Shown piece after piece: positions 25,865-39,761 of a stretch of DNA of 64,000 nt. The translations under genes were made by a program, and so were the position numbers. The stretch comes from Octopus vulgaris. Taxonomy: Eukaryota. The DNA lies in the NCBI GenBank assembly GCA_951406725.2, contig OX597816.1, forward strand, positions 53,010,001 through 53,074,000. Direction: 5' to 3'. Positions within the stretch are counted from its first letter, which is position 1; every line of letters begins with the position of its first letter. The notes under the pieces were generated by a model, which was not told where the DNA came from, did not search any database, and worked only from the letters and a program-made list of their open reading frames with translations.

Positions 25865-26800
25865 GGTATTTTACCCACACTTTCCATAGTCTGTAATTCA
25901 CTAGCTAGATCCTGTTATTTTGCTAGTTTTTCTAAACTTCTCAAATGAATGTTTTCATCATTTGAGACTATAAAGTCAATTTATCTGGAACTTTCTATTC
26001 TCTTATCTACTGCTACCAAATCAGGCCTTCTAGCTTTTATTACTCTGTAAACATGAATGTAGAAGTCCCATGACATCTTGTTTTTCTTACTTTCTAGTGC
26101 TTTACTAAGTTCATGTTCATACCAATTATCAGTATGTTCAAATCCCAGCTTTCTATATAGCTTCCAGTGGATTGCTCTCCCTAGATTGTCATGACTTTTG
26201 GTTTCCCTATATCTCGCAACTTTAACAGCTTTTAATAAAGTTTCTTCACTATTACCTATATAGGAGTCTATATCTATTTTAGCTAACTCCACACAGACTT
26301 CTACTGATATTAACCCTCTTCTGCCTTCCATTCTAGGCTGCTATAATCTTGGGTGGAGTCTTCCATTCATATTGAATTCCTTCCTAGTTCTTCTGTCTAG
26401 TTTTGCTAATTCAGTTTTTGTCCAATCTACAAAAGTGGCTGAGTATCTAAGTAATGCTACTGCCCAAGTATTTACAGCCTTCACTAGATTCAGACCATTT
26501 AGCTTTGACTTCATTAGCTTCCTCACCCTTCTGATGTACTCTTCAATTTTCATTTTCATTTCTATAGTTAGTATCCTGGCAGATTCTAATACTTCTAGAT
26601 ACTTATAACTCTCTCCTCCTTTCAATAATTTTAACGTTTGGCCTATATCTTTGCTGAAGAGTCTTACAGTCTGTATTAAGGAATCTATCTCTTTTTCATT
26701 CTTACTAAAAAGCTTCAGATCATATATATAGAACAAATGGTTAATTTTTCCTTACTATTTCTGAACTGATACCATGCCTTTGCCTTCCTTAATACTAAAC
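25865..26800 (-). mobile_element. R4/Dong-clade LINE fragment (RT C-terminal half to RLE, internally deleted)
   Basis: HLFYIYDLKLFSKNEKE, YKYLEV, AVNTWAV..LRYS, LDRRTRK, GRRGLISV, WDF..ARRPDLV. Confidence 0.85.
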
Positions 26801-26810
26801 TAAATTATCA

Positions 26811-26859
<49 letters not shown>

Positions 26860-26867
26860 CATTATTA

Positions 26868-27235
26868 TTACCTCCACCCTCGCTAAGGTGGAGGTATTGT
26901 TTTTCAGTTGTATTTGTTTGATTGTTTGTCCTTGGACAGGCTATCTCAAGAACTGCTGAATGGATTCAAGTGAAACTTTCAGGAATGTTTGGCTTCATGA
27001 CTGGTACAAACTGATTAGATTTTGGGAACAAGCTGGTACTGGACAAGGATTCTGGATTATTTTTTCCAGATTTTTTGCTTAATTTTTGTGAGCAGTTTGA
27101 TTCATTTTTAGTATTCTCATTTGTGAGAGCAGTCGAGTTCATTTCAGAAATTCTCATTTTAAAAGTCATCTCTGGCTAATTGATGAGAGGACGTTCATGT
27201 TGCCTTCATGGAGGATTACACTCTCTGAGTGCTCT
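26868..27235 (+). mobile_element. Helentron-associated (HINE/DINE-like) non-autonomous element
   Basis: Subterminal CCTCC../..GGAGG inverted repeats, (TTTG)n, 3' hairpin CACTC.CT.GAGTG; homolog at 40228. Confidence 0.65.
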
Positions 27236-30200
27236 CCTCGTCATCGTTGTCGTCATCATTATCACCATCATTATCACTATTTGCTCCACTTTCCATGCTA
27301 GTATGGGTTAAATGGTCTGTCACTAAGTCAGTTCACACTTGAAGTAACTGTCACTGAGATGGGTCAAAACACCATGTTTCACTTGCACATAATATTTTTG
27401 GGCACATTTCTATTGTTAAATAATGTTTCTGATATGAGCCACTTTACAGTGTGTACTGTATGCATTATACACTGTGATAAAGCGGCCATCACATCCTCAG
27501 TCAGACTAAAGATTCCATTCATTTGCTAACTGCTTTACAGCATATACCAAACACATTTTATCATGGCACCAGCACTCATGGTTCTCATTAGTATATGGCA
27601 TTTCATTTATTGAAGCTAGTATGACCAAAAGGGGAAACAGAACAGAGAAGAATGATAGAAGCATCAGAAGGAGTGGCTGAAGGAAGCAAGAGTATAGTGA
27701 GAGAAACAGTGATTGGGATGAGCTGAGGGTAAAGGAGGAAGTAATGAGAGACAGTGGTAGAAGGAGTAATCGAAGAGATAGATAGAGAGAGAGACAGAGA
27801 GAGATAAGTGCTGGAGAGAGCAATGGAAGAGATACAGTGATGAGAGTTACATGTTTGCTAGTATAGAAAAACAGAAAAAAAATGAGTGATGGACAATGTT
27901 GCTAGATAGTGATTTATTGTCAATAGTGAATGACCTGAAGGAAGAATGACATAATATTAGTGAACATTTGAACAGCATTCATTTCCATATCAGAATTTCC
28001 TTCATGCAAACTTATCCTGTTTTCTATTTTCTTTGTGGGGGAAGATTATTCATTGGAACAATTATCTGTTCATAATATTCTGCAAAGGTTTACATTTGAA
28101 AAATACTCAAAATTTCAGAAGGTAAAATATGTTGCATGCTTCATTTCATAACAACAAATTAAATTATTTTATACTTATTACTGTATACTGTTGTTATTCT
28201 TGCTTTTATTTAGCCGAAGTCAACTTTGATCATGTAGAATATACTAAAAAGTGCTCCAGTCATGACCACCCCATTTTGTTTTCAGATACAGCTTATTCAA
28301 ATCGTATCATGAAGCCTATAATTCCTTTGTCAATGTGGTAAGGTGTAGTTTGAGTAAGATCTGTTTGCTATTTCTAGCAGAGCAAGTGTTCATGAGGTAT
28401 CTAGGTAGGTTGATGTTGATTATGCCTGCTATGGATGTTTAAAGAGAGTAAGTGAAGGCTGATACCATCTGTGCAAGAGCATGTGTCATTAGAAATAACT
28501 ACAGAGGCATAAATGAATTTTGATGTACATCAAAGTTGACAGAATGTGAAGATAGAGAAAGCTCTGTCTACATGTGCTGCAACGAAATAGCCTGATGGAA
28601 AGCTTCCAGTCCAAAAGAGCAACTCATATATATAATTATCATTGGCAGTATTTATATGTTCTGTTTTGTATACCATATTTGGAAACAAAAATTTTATTAA
28701 TTTTTCTGAAGTAGGTCCTGAATATAAGCACTATTAAATTTTTTCATGGTAAAGAACTTAATACGATAATCTTCATAAATTTTCTCCAGAAACTTAATTG
28801 ATTACTACTAAAATACTGTCAATTTGAAGGACTTATCTAAAAGAAATTTCAGCGTTACAGAGAAATTGTCAGATATTTTAATTGAGAAAAAGGTGGAACC
28901 AAGCAGAGACACAAAGACACACAAGGAGAGAGACAGAGACAGAAAGAGAGACAGAGAGACAACACACAGACTAGTATACAAAACAGACTGGCACTCAGAT
29001 ATGCTGATAAAGATGCAGACAGATTAGAATGTCTGATCTCTAATATACAGCAACTTGAAAGTGAAAGTGCACTTAAGTAAATGGAGGCTGATGCATTGTG
29101 AAGGCATTGATTTTGAGATGCCGGAAAGACATTGTTGAGAGCTAATCACAGGATTAACATCAACAACAGAATCTGGCAGTAAAACGTAGTATAGTGGAGT
29201 TCAATTTAGTAGAGATTAGTCCTTGTACAAATAGATAAAATAATTTCTAAAAACATCTAAAACAAAATAATTTAGTCATTGAGTATGAAGATAGTTATCT
29301 GATATTTTATTATTTAACTTGATATTTCTTGGCAGTAGTAAATACTATACTTTATATTAGATTGCATCATGATAGAGTCATAATAGCCATTTGAAACACA
29401 CACACTCATTCACACATACTGTTTTATAGTTACTATTGTTTTAGTTTATTATCATATGATTGTCAGAATGAATAATGTATTGGTCAGAATTCCACACAGT
29501 ATTTAGTTATGCATGTTTATATTCTGATTTCAAGTCCCAAAATGATTGGCTTTGAATTTCTTTCTTCAATTCTTAAATAAAGCATTAGTTAAGCACTGGA
29601 GTTAATATAATTAACTATACCATCCCTGCCAAAATATAAGACCTTGTGTCTATCTAAGACATCAATATTATCTATTGTTACATGTCAAAAATTTTGTACT
29701 TCAACAAAAAACATTTTATTTAGTCACTGACTGTGTTCTTCCCAACATTTATACTTCTTTCATTCTGTTACAGGTTTCACTTACTAAACTACAGCTATGC
29801 TCAACATTCACAGGTTTTAGTCAGTCGTATCAACCTTAACACTTAGTTTAGTAATCAATTTATCAAATGGCAAAATTCACCAGTGTGTTTCCCCTTTATG
29901 TAGCTTCCTCTCTAGCTAAACTTAAATACTCAAATATATTTACATTAATTAACAGTGGTACTCACACAAATATGCATATGTGTGTGTATGTGTATATATG
30001 AAGGCATTTGAAAGATACACCTAAATATAATTTGTAGAACTTTATACACGCTGGATTTCGGTTGAGCGTTTTGTATCTAGTTCTGGAAATTATTAAATGA
30101 CAGACTATGCTGATGATCTTGCAGATGTTTCTGTGTCCATATACATAAATATTAACAAATGAAACCAATGGTACATAGGTAATTGTTTTTTATTTCGTAT

Positions 30201-30367
30201 ATTTTTATTTGTCTTGCTTAATTTTATATTTTGTTTTTTTGCTGAGATTTTTCTTGAGAACACATTCTTCATGGTAAATGACGATTTGACGTCTATGTTT
30301 AGCATATAGGCTGTCCACTTTTAGTGGTCAGTCCTCTAAATTTTATATATATATATATGTGTGTGTG

Positions 30368-30739
30368 TATAATCAAAATAAGCAACATGACCCCAACAAA
30401 CATATTTGTTTCTTGGAAGTGTAGGATATTCTTAGCTACATTACCGACTCTTTCCCTATTCTTGCTCTATTAGATTATTTGAGTAAAATTATATTAATGT
30501 ATCCGACTGATTAAAGATTCTATTTATTTACGCAGCTGAGGATAGCCCTGCATTTAAATTGATGTAATGATTGTGTTGTTCAATTAGATGGAGCTGCTTG
30601 AAACAGTTGTACTGCATCAGCTCTTGATATCCTGTTGCTTATTTTAATTTTATTCACCTTACTTTCAGTTGTACAGATAATACCGCACTGATTTGGTGCT
30701 TCAACTGAAGTACCTAATTCAACTGAATCTCAATTATTT

Positions 30740-30742
<3 letters not shown>
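30368..30742 (+). mobile_element. Hammerhead-bearing element (family H3) in (TA)n
   Basis: Short inverted terminus AATCAAAATAAGCAAC / GTTGCTTATTTTAATT; tail homologous to 43044-43165. Confidence 0.65.
30532..30615 (+). ncRNA. Type I hammerhead with extended stem II
   Basis: GCAG-CUGAGGA-[long stem II CAUUUAAAUUGA/UCAAUUAGAUG]-GAAA-C(AGUU)G-UA-CUGC. Confidence 0.7.
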
Positions 30743-30780
<38 letters not shown>

Positions 30781-30812
30781 TGTAGGAGAATTCGATATTC
30801 TTGTATATTCGA

Positions 30813-31010
30813 TGACCGTGTGTGTACCGTTAGCGATTTCTTTTCCTCTGTCTTCCCTTCTCTGGATCTTTCCTTCTCCTATGTTTCCGACGAAGAGCCC
30901 CGCTCGAAACATTAAACCCTCCTTCTTTCCTTCTTTCCTGAGCGTCCAATAATACTATATTTGTTCCACGTCCTCGCGTTGTGTTTTTTTGTGCTTTCTT
31001 GTTTGGATTA

Positions 31011-31012
<2 letters not shown>
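30813..31012 (+). mobile_element. Hammerhead-bearing element family H1 in (TA)n
   Basis: Homologs at 53753-53956 and 57924-58130; motif at 30883-30917 GUUU-CCGACGA-A-GAGC(CCC)GCUC-GAAA-CA-UU-AAAC. Confidence 0.75.
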
Positions 31013-31046
<34 letters not shown>

Positions 31047-33016
31047 CATATATACACACAGATACACGCACACTCACACATACACATATATACATACATA
31101 TATAGACACAGACACACATACACACATGCATGCACACATACACGATGGGTTTCCAGCAAGTATCACTCATTCACATAGTATTGGCTGGCCCAGGGTTATA
31201 GTTGAAGATGCTTGTTCAAGGTGCCAGATTCTGTGTTACTGAGTGAGTTAATCTGATGTTAATAAGTTCATCTGATAAACATGTGATACTGAAACAAGAA
31301 TCTCACTGTTGTGAAATGAAATTCTTAAGCCTACTGCCACACCTATTCCTGCATGTATTGAGTTTTTCCAAAGATATATAATATTTTTGCAATTGTAATT
31401 TATGAATGTTTCCAAAACCAGAAAACAAACTAATAAATTGTCATATGAAAAATTGATTTTGCTACAGCATTTCACACATATCATATAATTTAGAATGTTG
31501 TAGACAATCAAAATATCATAAATATAATCATACAGCAGACATCTATACATCTTTGTTGGTATTTGATATATTTCTTCTCATTCTTCATCTCTCTCCACTT
31601 ATTATTATCTCTGCCAAGTTCAACACCCAAATGCTAGTTCTGTAGCTTTTATTTCTTTAATAAAATTTATCTCTAAACCAGTAATTCAGCAAATGTTAGA
31701 ATGATAACAGTGGTTAATCAGAATTCTGTGATATTAACGTAGAAGCATTCATATTGTAAGAGCAGTAAACAGAATAGTGATTAATACTAGAAAGGTGAAC
31801 TTCAGTAATATTTTTTGTTGTATAAAATCACATATACAGCTAAGCTTCAGGGAACAAAGTTGGGGTATTTAAAACAAACCGATTTCAAAAATTACTTCTT
31901 AGTAATTCATAGTCAGAAAATAATAGCAATGATTTGGTGAAAGGAATGTCTGATGATTTGCTTAATCTGAAGTCCAAGCCATTGCATGAAACTAGCAGGT
32001 TAGCAAATTATAAAGAATTTATTTTTCAAAGAATGAGAACATTTAGTTATGCTAACGATCATTTTGTAGGACAGGTAGCATATTTGATATTATTGTTGAT
32101 TATTCTGAACATATGCTAATGTTGAAAATGTTGATTATCTTAAAAAAGAAAAAAATTTTATTAATTTTGGGAACCACTTTTGACCAACTTTGAAAAACAG
32201 ATTTCAAAAATCTATTTGCATAACAATGGAGTTTCAAGTAAAAGCCGTGCAAATGGTTTATATTCTTTCATTTCCCTCCTAACTACTACAGAGAATGAAG
32301 TAAAGGAAGTTTTCTCATAAAAGGTTAGTGCAGGCATGATAGATGCAGGGCGTGGTTGTGCAGTTAAGAAGGTTGCTCTCCAGGCCAATGGTTTCAGATT
32401 CAGTCTTATTGCATGGCATAAAGGGAAAGTGCCTTCTACAAAAGTCCCAGGCCAGCCAAAGCTTTGTGAGGAGAATCTGTAGATGGAAACTGAAAAAAGT
32501 TCATTGTGTGTGTGTGTGTGTATAAAAAGCACTAGGGCTGGTGCCAATTAGAAAGCACTAGTGATGGTGCCACATAAAATGCACCCAGTACACTCTGTGG
32601 AGTAGCTGACATTATGAAAGGTATCCAGCAATAGAAACTATGCCAAAACAGACTCTGAAACCTGGTGCAACACCTGGCCTTACCAGTTCCAATCAAGCCA
32701 TCCAACCCATGACAGTATGGAAAATGGACTTTAAATGATACTGATGGTGGTGGTGACAGACAGACAGACAGACACACAGAAACATACATATACACATACA
32801 TACATACTTACATACATACTTACATACATAGATACATACATACACACATTGCTTAATATCGGACAAATGAGAAAGAATGTTGTAGAAGATATGTTTTTTT
32901 AATATTAAAACTGAAGCTAAGAGCTTGTTGCATGACTTAAGTTTCATGCCCTTGCAATCTTCAGCATGAAACACAAGTCACGAGACAAATTCTCAGGAAA
33001 AAATAAAGCTATATAT

Positions 33017-33052
<36 letters not shown>

Positions 33053-33071
33053 AATATATATATATTTAAAT

Positions 33072-33103
<32 letters not shown>

Positions 33104-33107
<4 letters not shown>

Positions 33108-33939
33108 TTTTTTTTCCATGCCAATATGCTGATAACAGACTTTTATATTGTCAATTTCCACATATTATATATATATATATATCATCATCATCATCATCAT
33201 CATCGTTTAACGTCCATAGCGCGGAAAACAGATGTTAAACGATGATGATGATGATGATGATGATATATATATATAATATGTGGAAATAGACAATATAAAA
33301 GTCTGTTATCAGCATATTGGCATGGAAAAAATTTTCTTTTGCCCTTATTTATAAGTTATTTATAATTTTAACCTTTAAAGGTATTATAATATGCTGTCAC
33401 GTTTTGATGAAATTTTTTTCTGTAAAAAAAACTTCATCCTATATTAGTAGTAGATTTATTACTATTCGCTATAAGGACTGGTAACCACTATAAGCTGTGG
33501 AGAACAGTTCACATGTGTGCTGGAGCTAGCCAAAGGATTTTATATTTAGATATAACTGGAGTACTTATATGTACTCATGACTTTTGCTTTGGCTTTTTTT
33601 TCCATGGGCGCATGTAGGTATTTCATTTATTTCTTATCGTATTTTCTACCGAAGAGGAAAAAAATCTATGAGATTAATTCCGAAATTGATTCAATATAGA
33701 AATAACAAACTTTTTAAAAAAATTCTGTTGGCTAGCTTCCTCAATTCAGCAAAATGTATTTCTGTAGTGGGTATATAATAATATGTGGAAATTGACGATT
33801 TAAACGACTGTTATCAGCATATTGGCATGGAAAAAATTTTCTTTCGCCCTTATTTATAAGTTGTTTATAATTTTAACCTTTAAAGGTATTTTAATATGCT
33901 GCTACTTTCTGATGAAATTTTTTTCTGTAAAAAAACTTC
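33104..33939 (+). mobile_element. pLTR/retrozyme-like element: inverted arm plus 1.3 tandem 505-bp units (family H4)
   Basis: IR 33104-33215 / 33231-33334; direct repeat 33274-33435 / 33779-33939. Confidence 0.7.
33643..33702 (+). ncRNA. Type I hammerhead, core CCGAAGA
   Basis: UUUCUA-CCGAAGA-GGAA..AAUCU(AUG)AGAUU..UUCC-GAAA-UUG(AUU)CAA-UA-UAGAAA; all three stems pair. Confidence 0.75.
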
Positions 33940-34317
33940 TGACTTTGGTGTAATTTGAACTCATAATGTAAAGACAAATGAAATGCCACTGAGCATTTTG
34001 CCCAGTGTGCTAACAATTCTGCCAGCTCGCCGAATAATAACGATGATGATAATAAGCACAAAACCTGAAATAATGGGGGAAAGGGATAGTTGAATTTACA
34101 AATTTAAAGTTGTTCAGGGACTTCATAGCGATTCAGTATATTAGGTTAGAAACCCAGCACGGAATCTGGATTTAAAAACTAAATTGATTTTTCATGTATT
34201 CATCTAGTTATGAAATTTGTTTGTCTGGATCATATGAATAAATGAATCAATTAAAAATGTTTGTAGGATTCTTTCTGATATGCTCTTTATGCATTTAAAT
34301 GCTTTGTTTAATTTATA

Positions 34318-34750
34318 GGAGTAGGAGTGGCTGTGTGGTAGGTAGCTTGCTTACCAACCACATGAATCCGGGTTCAGTCCCACTGCATGTCACCTTGGGC
34401 AAGTGTCTTCTACCATAGCCTCAGGCCAACCAAAGCCTTGTAAGTGGATTTGGTAGACGGAAACTGAAAGAAGCCCGTTGTATATATGTATATATATATA
34501 TGTATATATATATGTATGTGTATGTATATGTTTGTGTGTCTGTGTTTGTCCCACCCCCACCCCAACAACGCATGATAACCGATGGGAGTGTGTTTACATC
34601 CCCCGTAACTTAGTGGTTTGGCAAAAGACACTGATAGAATAAGTACCAGGCTTACAAAGACTAGGTCCTGGGTTCGATTTGCTCGACTAAAGGCGGTGCT
34701 CCAGCATGGCCACAGTCAAATTACTGAAACAAGTAAAATAGTAAAAGAGT
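34318..34750 (+). mobile_element. SINE family B, full length
   Basis: GTGGCTGTGTGGTA head, GGTTCAGTCCC B-box-like motif, internal TA/TG tract, AAAGAGT tail. Confidence 0.9.
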
Positions 34751-34777
34751 ATATGTTATAAGAAATAGACGATGGAA

Positions 34778-35032
34778 GACTTTTTGATCTCCATGTGTCT
34801 AATACACGTGGACATGCCTACAAAGTCAGAAAACAACACAGCTCCCATGACTTTCGGAAACATTTTTTCATGCTCAGAGTTGCTGAAGCATGGAATAAAC
34901 TGCCTGCATCAGTTGTTGACTGCCATGACACTGCATTCTTTAAGGCCCTCATGCTTTCCGAAATCCGCCGAAACTACACCTGATTATATATACACTTTAG
35001 ATGAGATGTAGTGCACCTGTGCACTGTACACA

Positions 35033-35066
<34 letters not shown>
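34778..35066 (+). mobile_element. Short 3' copy of the CR1/L2-type LINE with (ATT)n tail
   Basis: Near-identical to 3045-3297 reversed (SNTRGHAYKVRKQ...EIRRNYT). Confidence 0.95.
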
Positions 35067-36558
35067 CAGGTGTTTATTTGATGAACCTTGAAAGAAATGA
35101 AAGGTAAAGTTGATCACAGCAGGATTTGTACTCAGAACATAAAGAACCAAAAAAAAAATATGCCGCTAAGCTTGTTGTTCAAGTAATAACACTCCTACCA
35201 GCTTCCAGTCTCTAATAGCAACAATAACAACTAGCTTATTTCCCAAGCTTCACAGGTTTAGCTTTCTCAAACAATCATATTATTTTTGTAGAAATTGTAA
35301 ATCAGAATAGTTTACAACTAACCAGGTTTGATAGAATTTGTCAGGTTTCTATATTTTCCGCAAATCACTTACAGTGTTAGCTGTATAAATTAAATCTGAC
35401 ATGCTGATAATAATGCTATAAACTTTTATGTAGATAGTGTTAATCTGAACTACTGAAATATTGTGACATAAAAACAGAACTGAATGATTACTTAACCTTC
35501 AATAGCAATCTACTATTAAATGGTGTGATGTTGGATTGAGAATTTATTTGGCTCTTACTCCAAGATCTGCCTTGATTGTTTTGTTTAAAGCAGCCTCCAT
35601 ATCTTGAAGCAAATGCAAGAACCAACATAAACTAAGATCAGTAATTTTATTGTTGGAAATAAGGAGCAATAAAATATGGCACTGAAATGTGAGCCAACCA
35701 GCTAGAAATAGTAGCTAAATCTCTCTTAAATCATACCTTAGCATGTTAGGAAAAATTAAAAGGACTCACTGGATTGTATACTGTCAAAAAATAAGATGGA
35801 GGGGTAATTACCAGAAAGACCTTGGCCTTAGGATTGCTTAATCTGAGTGAACCTGAAAGTGAAACAACAATAGCGATGCCCAATGAAAAAGAGATTTGTG
35901 TCAGTGACCTCACTTTGACCTGCCTAAAGAATTGATTTCAAATTTTGGAACAAAGCCAGTAATTTTGGGAAGGGGCTAAGTCAAACACATCAACCCCAGT
36001 ACTCATCATTATCATCATCATCATCACCATCATCCAGTGTTTTAAATCTGGGTTTTGTCCCCAAAGCCTTGTGAGCAGATTTGATAAACGGATACTGAAG
36101 GAAGCCCGTCTTATATGTACATATATGTATCTGTATGTGTGTGTGTATATGTTTGTGTGTCTGTGTTTGTCCCCCCAACATCGCGTGACAACCGATGCTG
36201 GTGTGTTTACGTCCCCTTAACTTAGCAGTTCGGCAAAAGAGACCAATAGAATAAGTACTAGGCTTACAAAGAATAAGTCCTGGGGTCGATTCGCTCAACT
36301 AAAAGGCGGTGCTCCAGCATGGCCACAGTCAAATAACTGAAACAAGTACAAGAGTTAAAAAGAGTAAATAAGTTATTTTTTTAGTAAACATAACTTTTAC
36401 TGGAAATTTTTAATGCCACCCTGTACATACTATACATGGGTTGGCAGCCAGCCCCAGAAGCCATGCCAAACCACACATTGGAGCTTGGCACATTCCACCA
36501 GATCACTGAATCCTGTCAAACTGTCCAACTTATACCAGCATGGAAAACAGACTAAAAT

Positions 36559-37038
36559 CATCATCATCATCATCATCGTTTAACATCCGTTTTCCATGCT
36601 AGCATGGGTTGGACGGTTCAACTGGGGTCTGTGAAGGCAGAACGCTGCGCCAGGCCCAGTCTGATCTGGCAGTGCTTCTATGGCTGGATGCCCTTCCTAA
36701 CGCCAACCACTCCATGAGAGTAGTGGTTGCTTTTTACGTGCCACCTGCACAGGTGCCAGACGAGGCTGGCAAACGGCCACGATCGGATGGTGCTTTTTAC
36801 GTGCCACCGGCATGGGGGCCAGACGAGGCTGGCTACAGCCACAATCGGATAGTGCATTTTACATTCCACTGGCACGAAAGGCCAGTTGGGGCGGTGCTGG
36901 CAATGGCCACGTTCAGATGGTTCTCTTACGTGCTATCGGCACTGGTATCACAGCTACAATTTCCATTGATGTTGATCGATTTCGATTTTGATTTTCATTT
37001 TCACTTGCCTCAACAGGTCTTCACAAGTAGAGTTTGGT
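36559..37038 (-). mobile_element. SINE family E (RTE-type (GAT)n tail, internal tandem units)
   Basis: GTGGTTGGCGTTAGGAAGGGCATCCAGC...GTTAAACGATGATG; repeated GGTGGCACGTAAAAAGCACC. Confidence 0.85.
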
Positions 37039-37756
37039 GATAATGATGGTGATGATGATGATGATGATGACAGGCTTTTTTCAGTTTCCATCTAACAAAT
37101 CCACTTACAAGGCTTTGATCAGTCCAAGGATATATTAAAAGCCACTTATCGAAGACGCTGTGCAGTGGGGCTAAACTTCAGTCTATGTGGTTAAAAAAGG
37201 AAATGTTTAACCACACAGCCATGTCTGTGCCTTGCCAAACAGTACGAATGAATCCCTAACCATATGGTGAGCAAATCAAATTCTTCAGCACACAGCCATA
37301 CAAACAGAATTACATTGTAAAACAATAATTTCTTCCATTTAAGAGTTTTCATTTAAGATTTTTATGAATTAAATCTACAAAAACAAAAATAAAGAATTTA
37401 CAAATTTAAAATTGTTCAGGGACTTCATAGTGATTCAGTATATTAAGTTAGAAACCCAGCACAGAATCTGGATTTAAAAACTAAATTGATTTTTCATGTA
37501 GTCATCTATTTATGAAATTTGTTTGTCTGGATCATATGAATAAATGAATTAATTAAAAATGTTTGTAGTATTCTTTCTGATATGCTCTTTATACATTTAA
37601 ATGTATGCATGCATTTTCTTTTTGCTTTATTTTTTAGATATGTTATAAAGAAATAGATGATGGGAGACCTTACACATACATCCTCACACATATATATATT
37701 CCTTTAACTATGTATATAATATATTCCTTTAATTATATATTCCTTTAACTAACTAC

Positions 37757-38000
37757 GTGAAGGCACGTGGCTTAGGGTGTTGAACTCATGATCGTAAGGT
37801 TGTGGTTTCGATTCCTGGACCGGGCAATGCATTGTGTTCTTGAGCAAAACACTTCATTTTCAAGTTGCTCCGGTCCACTCAGCTGCTAGGAATGAGTAAC
37901 CCTGCAACAGCCCGCATCCCATCCAGGTGGAGAATTTCTATGCCACTGAAACCAGGAAACCGGCCCTTATAAGTCTGGCATGGCCCAAGAAGGAACATTT
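37757..38000 (+). mobile_element. SINE family D
   Basis: tRNA-like head plus TTGAGCAAAACACTT core. Confidence 0.8.
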
Positions 38001-38036
38001 AATCTAACTACAAACACACACACAAAGATACATATA

Positions 38037-38294
38037 GGTGCAGAAGTGAGTGCGTGGTAAGTAGCTTGCTTACCAACCACATGGTTCTGGGTTCAGTCCC
38101 ACTGCGTGGCACCTTGGGCAAGTGTCTTCTACTATAGCCTCGGGCCAACCAAAGCCTTGTGAGTGGATTTGGAAGATGGAAACTGAAAGAAGCCCGCCAT
38201 ATATCGAATTATATCATATAATATTTTACTATAAAATTGGATTTAACCCTAAATCTGATTTTTCCCTGTAATTTTGGATTCATTCCCTAATATT

Positions 38295-38344
<50 letters not shown>

Positions 38345-38575
38345 ATGTACGTGTGTCTATATGTTTGTGTCTGTGTTTGTCCCCCCAACATTGCTTGAGA
38401 ACCGATGCTGGTGTGTTTACGTCCCAATAACTTAGCGGTTCGGCAAAAGAGACTGATAGAATAAGTACTAGGCTTACAAAGGATAAGTCCTGGGGTCAAT
38501 TTGCTTGACTAAAGGCGGCGCTCCAGCATGGTCACAGTCAAATGACTGAAACAAGTAAAAGAGGAGTAAAAGAGA
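38037..38575 (+). mobile_element. SINE family B with ~90-bp insert in its TA tract
   Basis: Matches 34318-34750; foreign sequence at ~38205-38297. Confidence 0.85.
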
Positions 38576-39546
38576 GAGAAAGAGTATATATACTCCTGTT
38601 CCTGTATGTTTATGTATACTACTATCTCTCTGTCCGTCTTTTTTCTTATACATATAGACAGACAGACAGACAGATAGATAGATGGATGAAAGGATGGATG
38701 GATGGATATGAAGGTAGGTAGAAAGAAAGACAAATAATCCTTTAAATGTGATGTTGAAGCGCATCGTTATCGGAAACAATATTGATTAACGTCAGAGCTA
38801 ATCACTAGTCAATAGTAATATTTAGTTGAAAATTAGAGGTTTACATTAAAATTTATGTATCTATCTGTAAAACACGAAAATAAAGGAGAAAAGATTGAAT
38901 GAAAGAAAGACAGAAAGAAGAAAAGAATGGAAAAACTGCAGCTTGTGCTTCACAATAGCAAAAGACCTAAAAAGATGGAAATTATAAATTAGCTCACTTT
39001 TGTTACAATAACAAATGTATTTATTATAATTCACCATATATATTTCTAACGCTTTTTATCAAAACATCAAACATTTTCCCCCTCTCTCCCTTGTTGTCTC
39101 TTCAGTAGCTTTTTCTTCTTCATATAGTGTACTCTTTCTGTAAGTAGTTAAGTCCAAAGCAGTGTAGAGCGAGATGCCAATCAATAAATAGAAATTTGAC
39201 CTCAAACAAACATTTGTCAGCTGTCTACTAGATTTCCAATTTTCCACATTTCCATCATTGTTATCACATTTACATTTTGCTAAAGCTCAAACTTCTTTGC
39301 TTAGTAGTAGAGAAGAATCAATATTTTTAACCGTTAAATGAGAAGCTCCAGTGTTCAAAACCACTAAGTAATCTCAATATGTGTCTGATGATTATCAAGA
39401 AAAATAGTTGGTAAATAAATATTTTTGCATTTAATAAGATTATTATCATTATTATTATTATTATCATTATTATTATAATTATTATTATTATAATTATTAT
39501 TATTATTATAATTATTATTATTATTATAATTATTATAATAATTATC

Positions 39547-39703
39547 ACTACACTCACGGAGTGGTTGGCATTAGGAAGGGCATCCAGCTGTAGAAACATT
39601 GCCAGATAAGACTGGAGCCTGGGGCAGCCTTCTGGCTTCCCAGATCCCCGGTCGAACCGTCCAACCCATGCTAGCATGGAGAACGGACGTTAAACGATGA
39701 TGA
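39547..39703 (+). mobile_element. SINE family E, 3' part
   Basis: Shared 3' block and GAT tail. Confidence 0.85.
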
Positions 39704-39761
39704 TTATTATTATTATTATTATTATTATTATAATTATTATAATTATTATTATTTAAAAAAT

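Noticed and set aside
36700-36900. Regularly spaced GGTGGCACGTAAAAAGCACC units resembling an array (also 40550-40740)
   Set aside because: Internal tandem units of SINE family E with similar spacers in eukaryotic DNA; not CRISPR.
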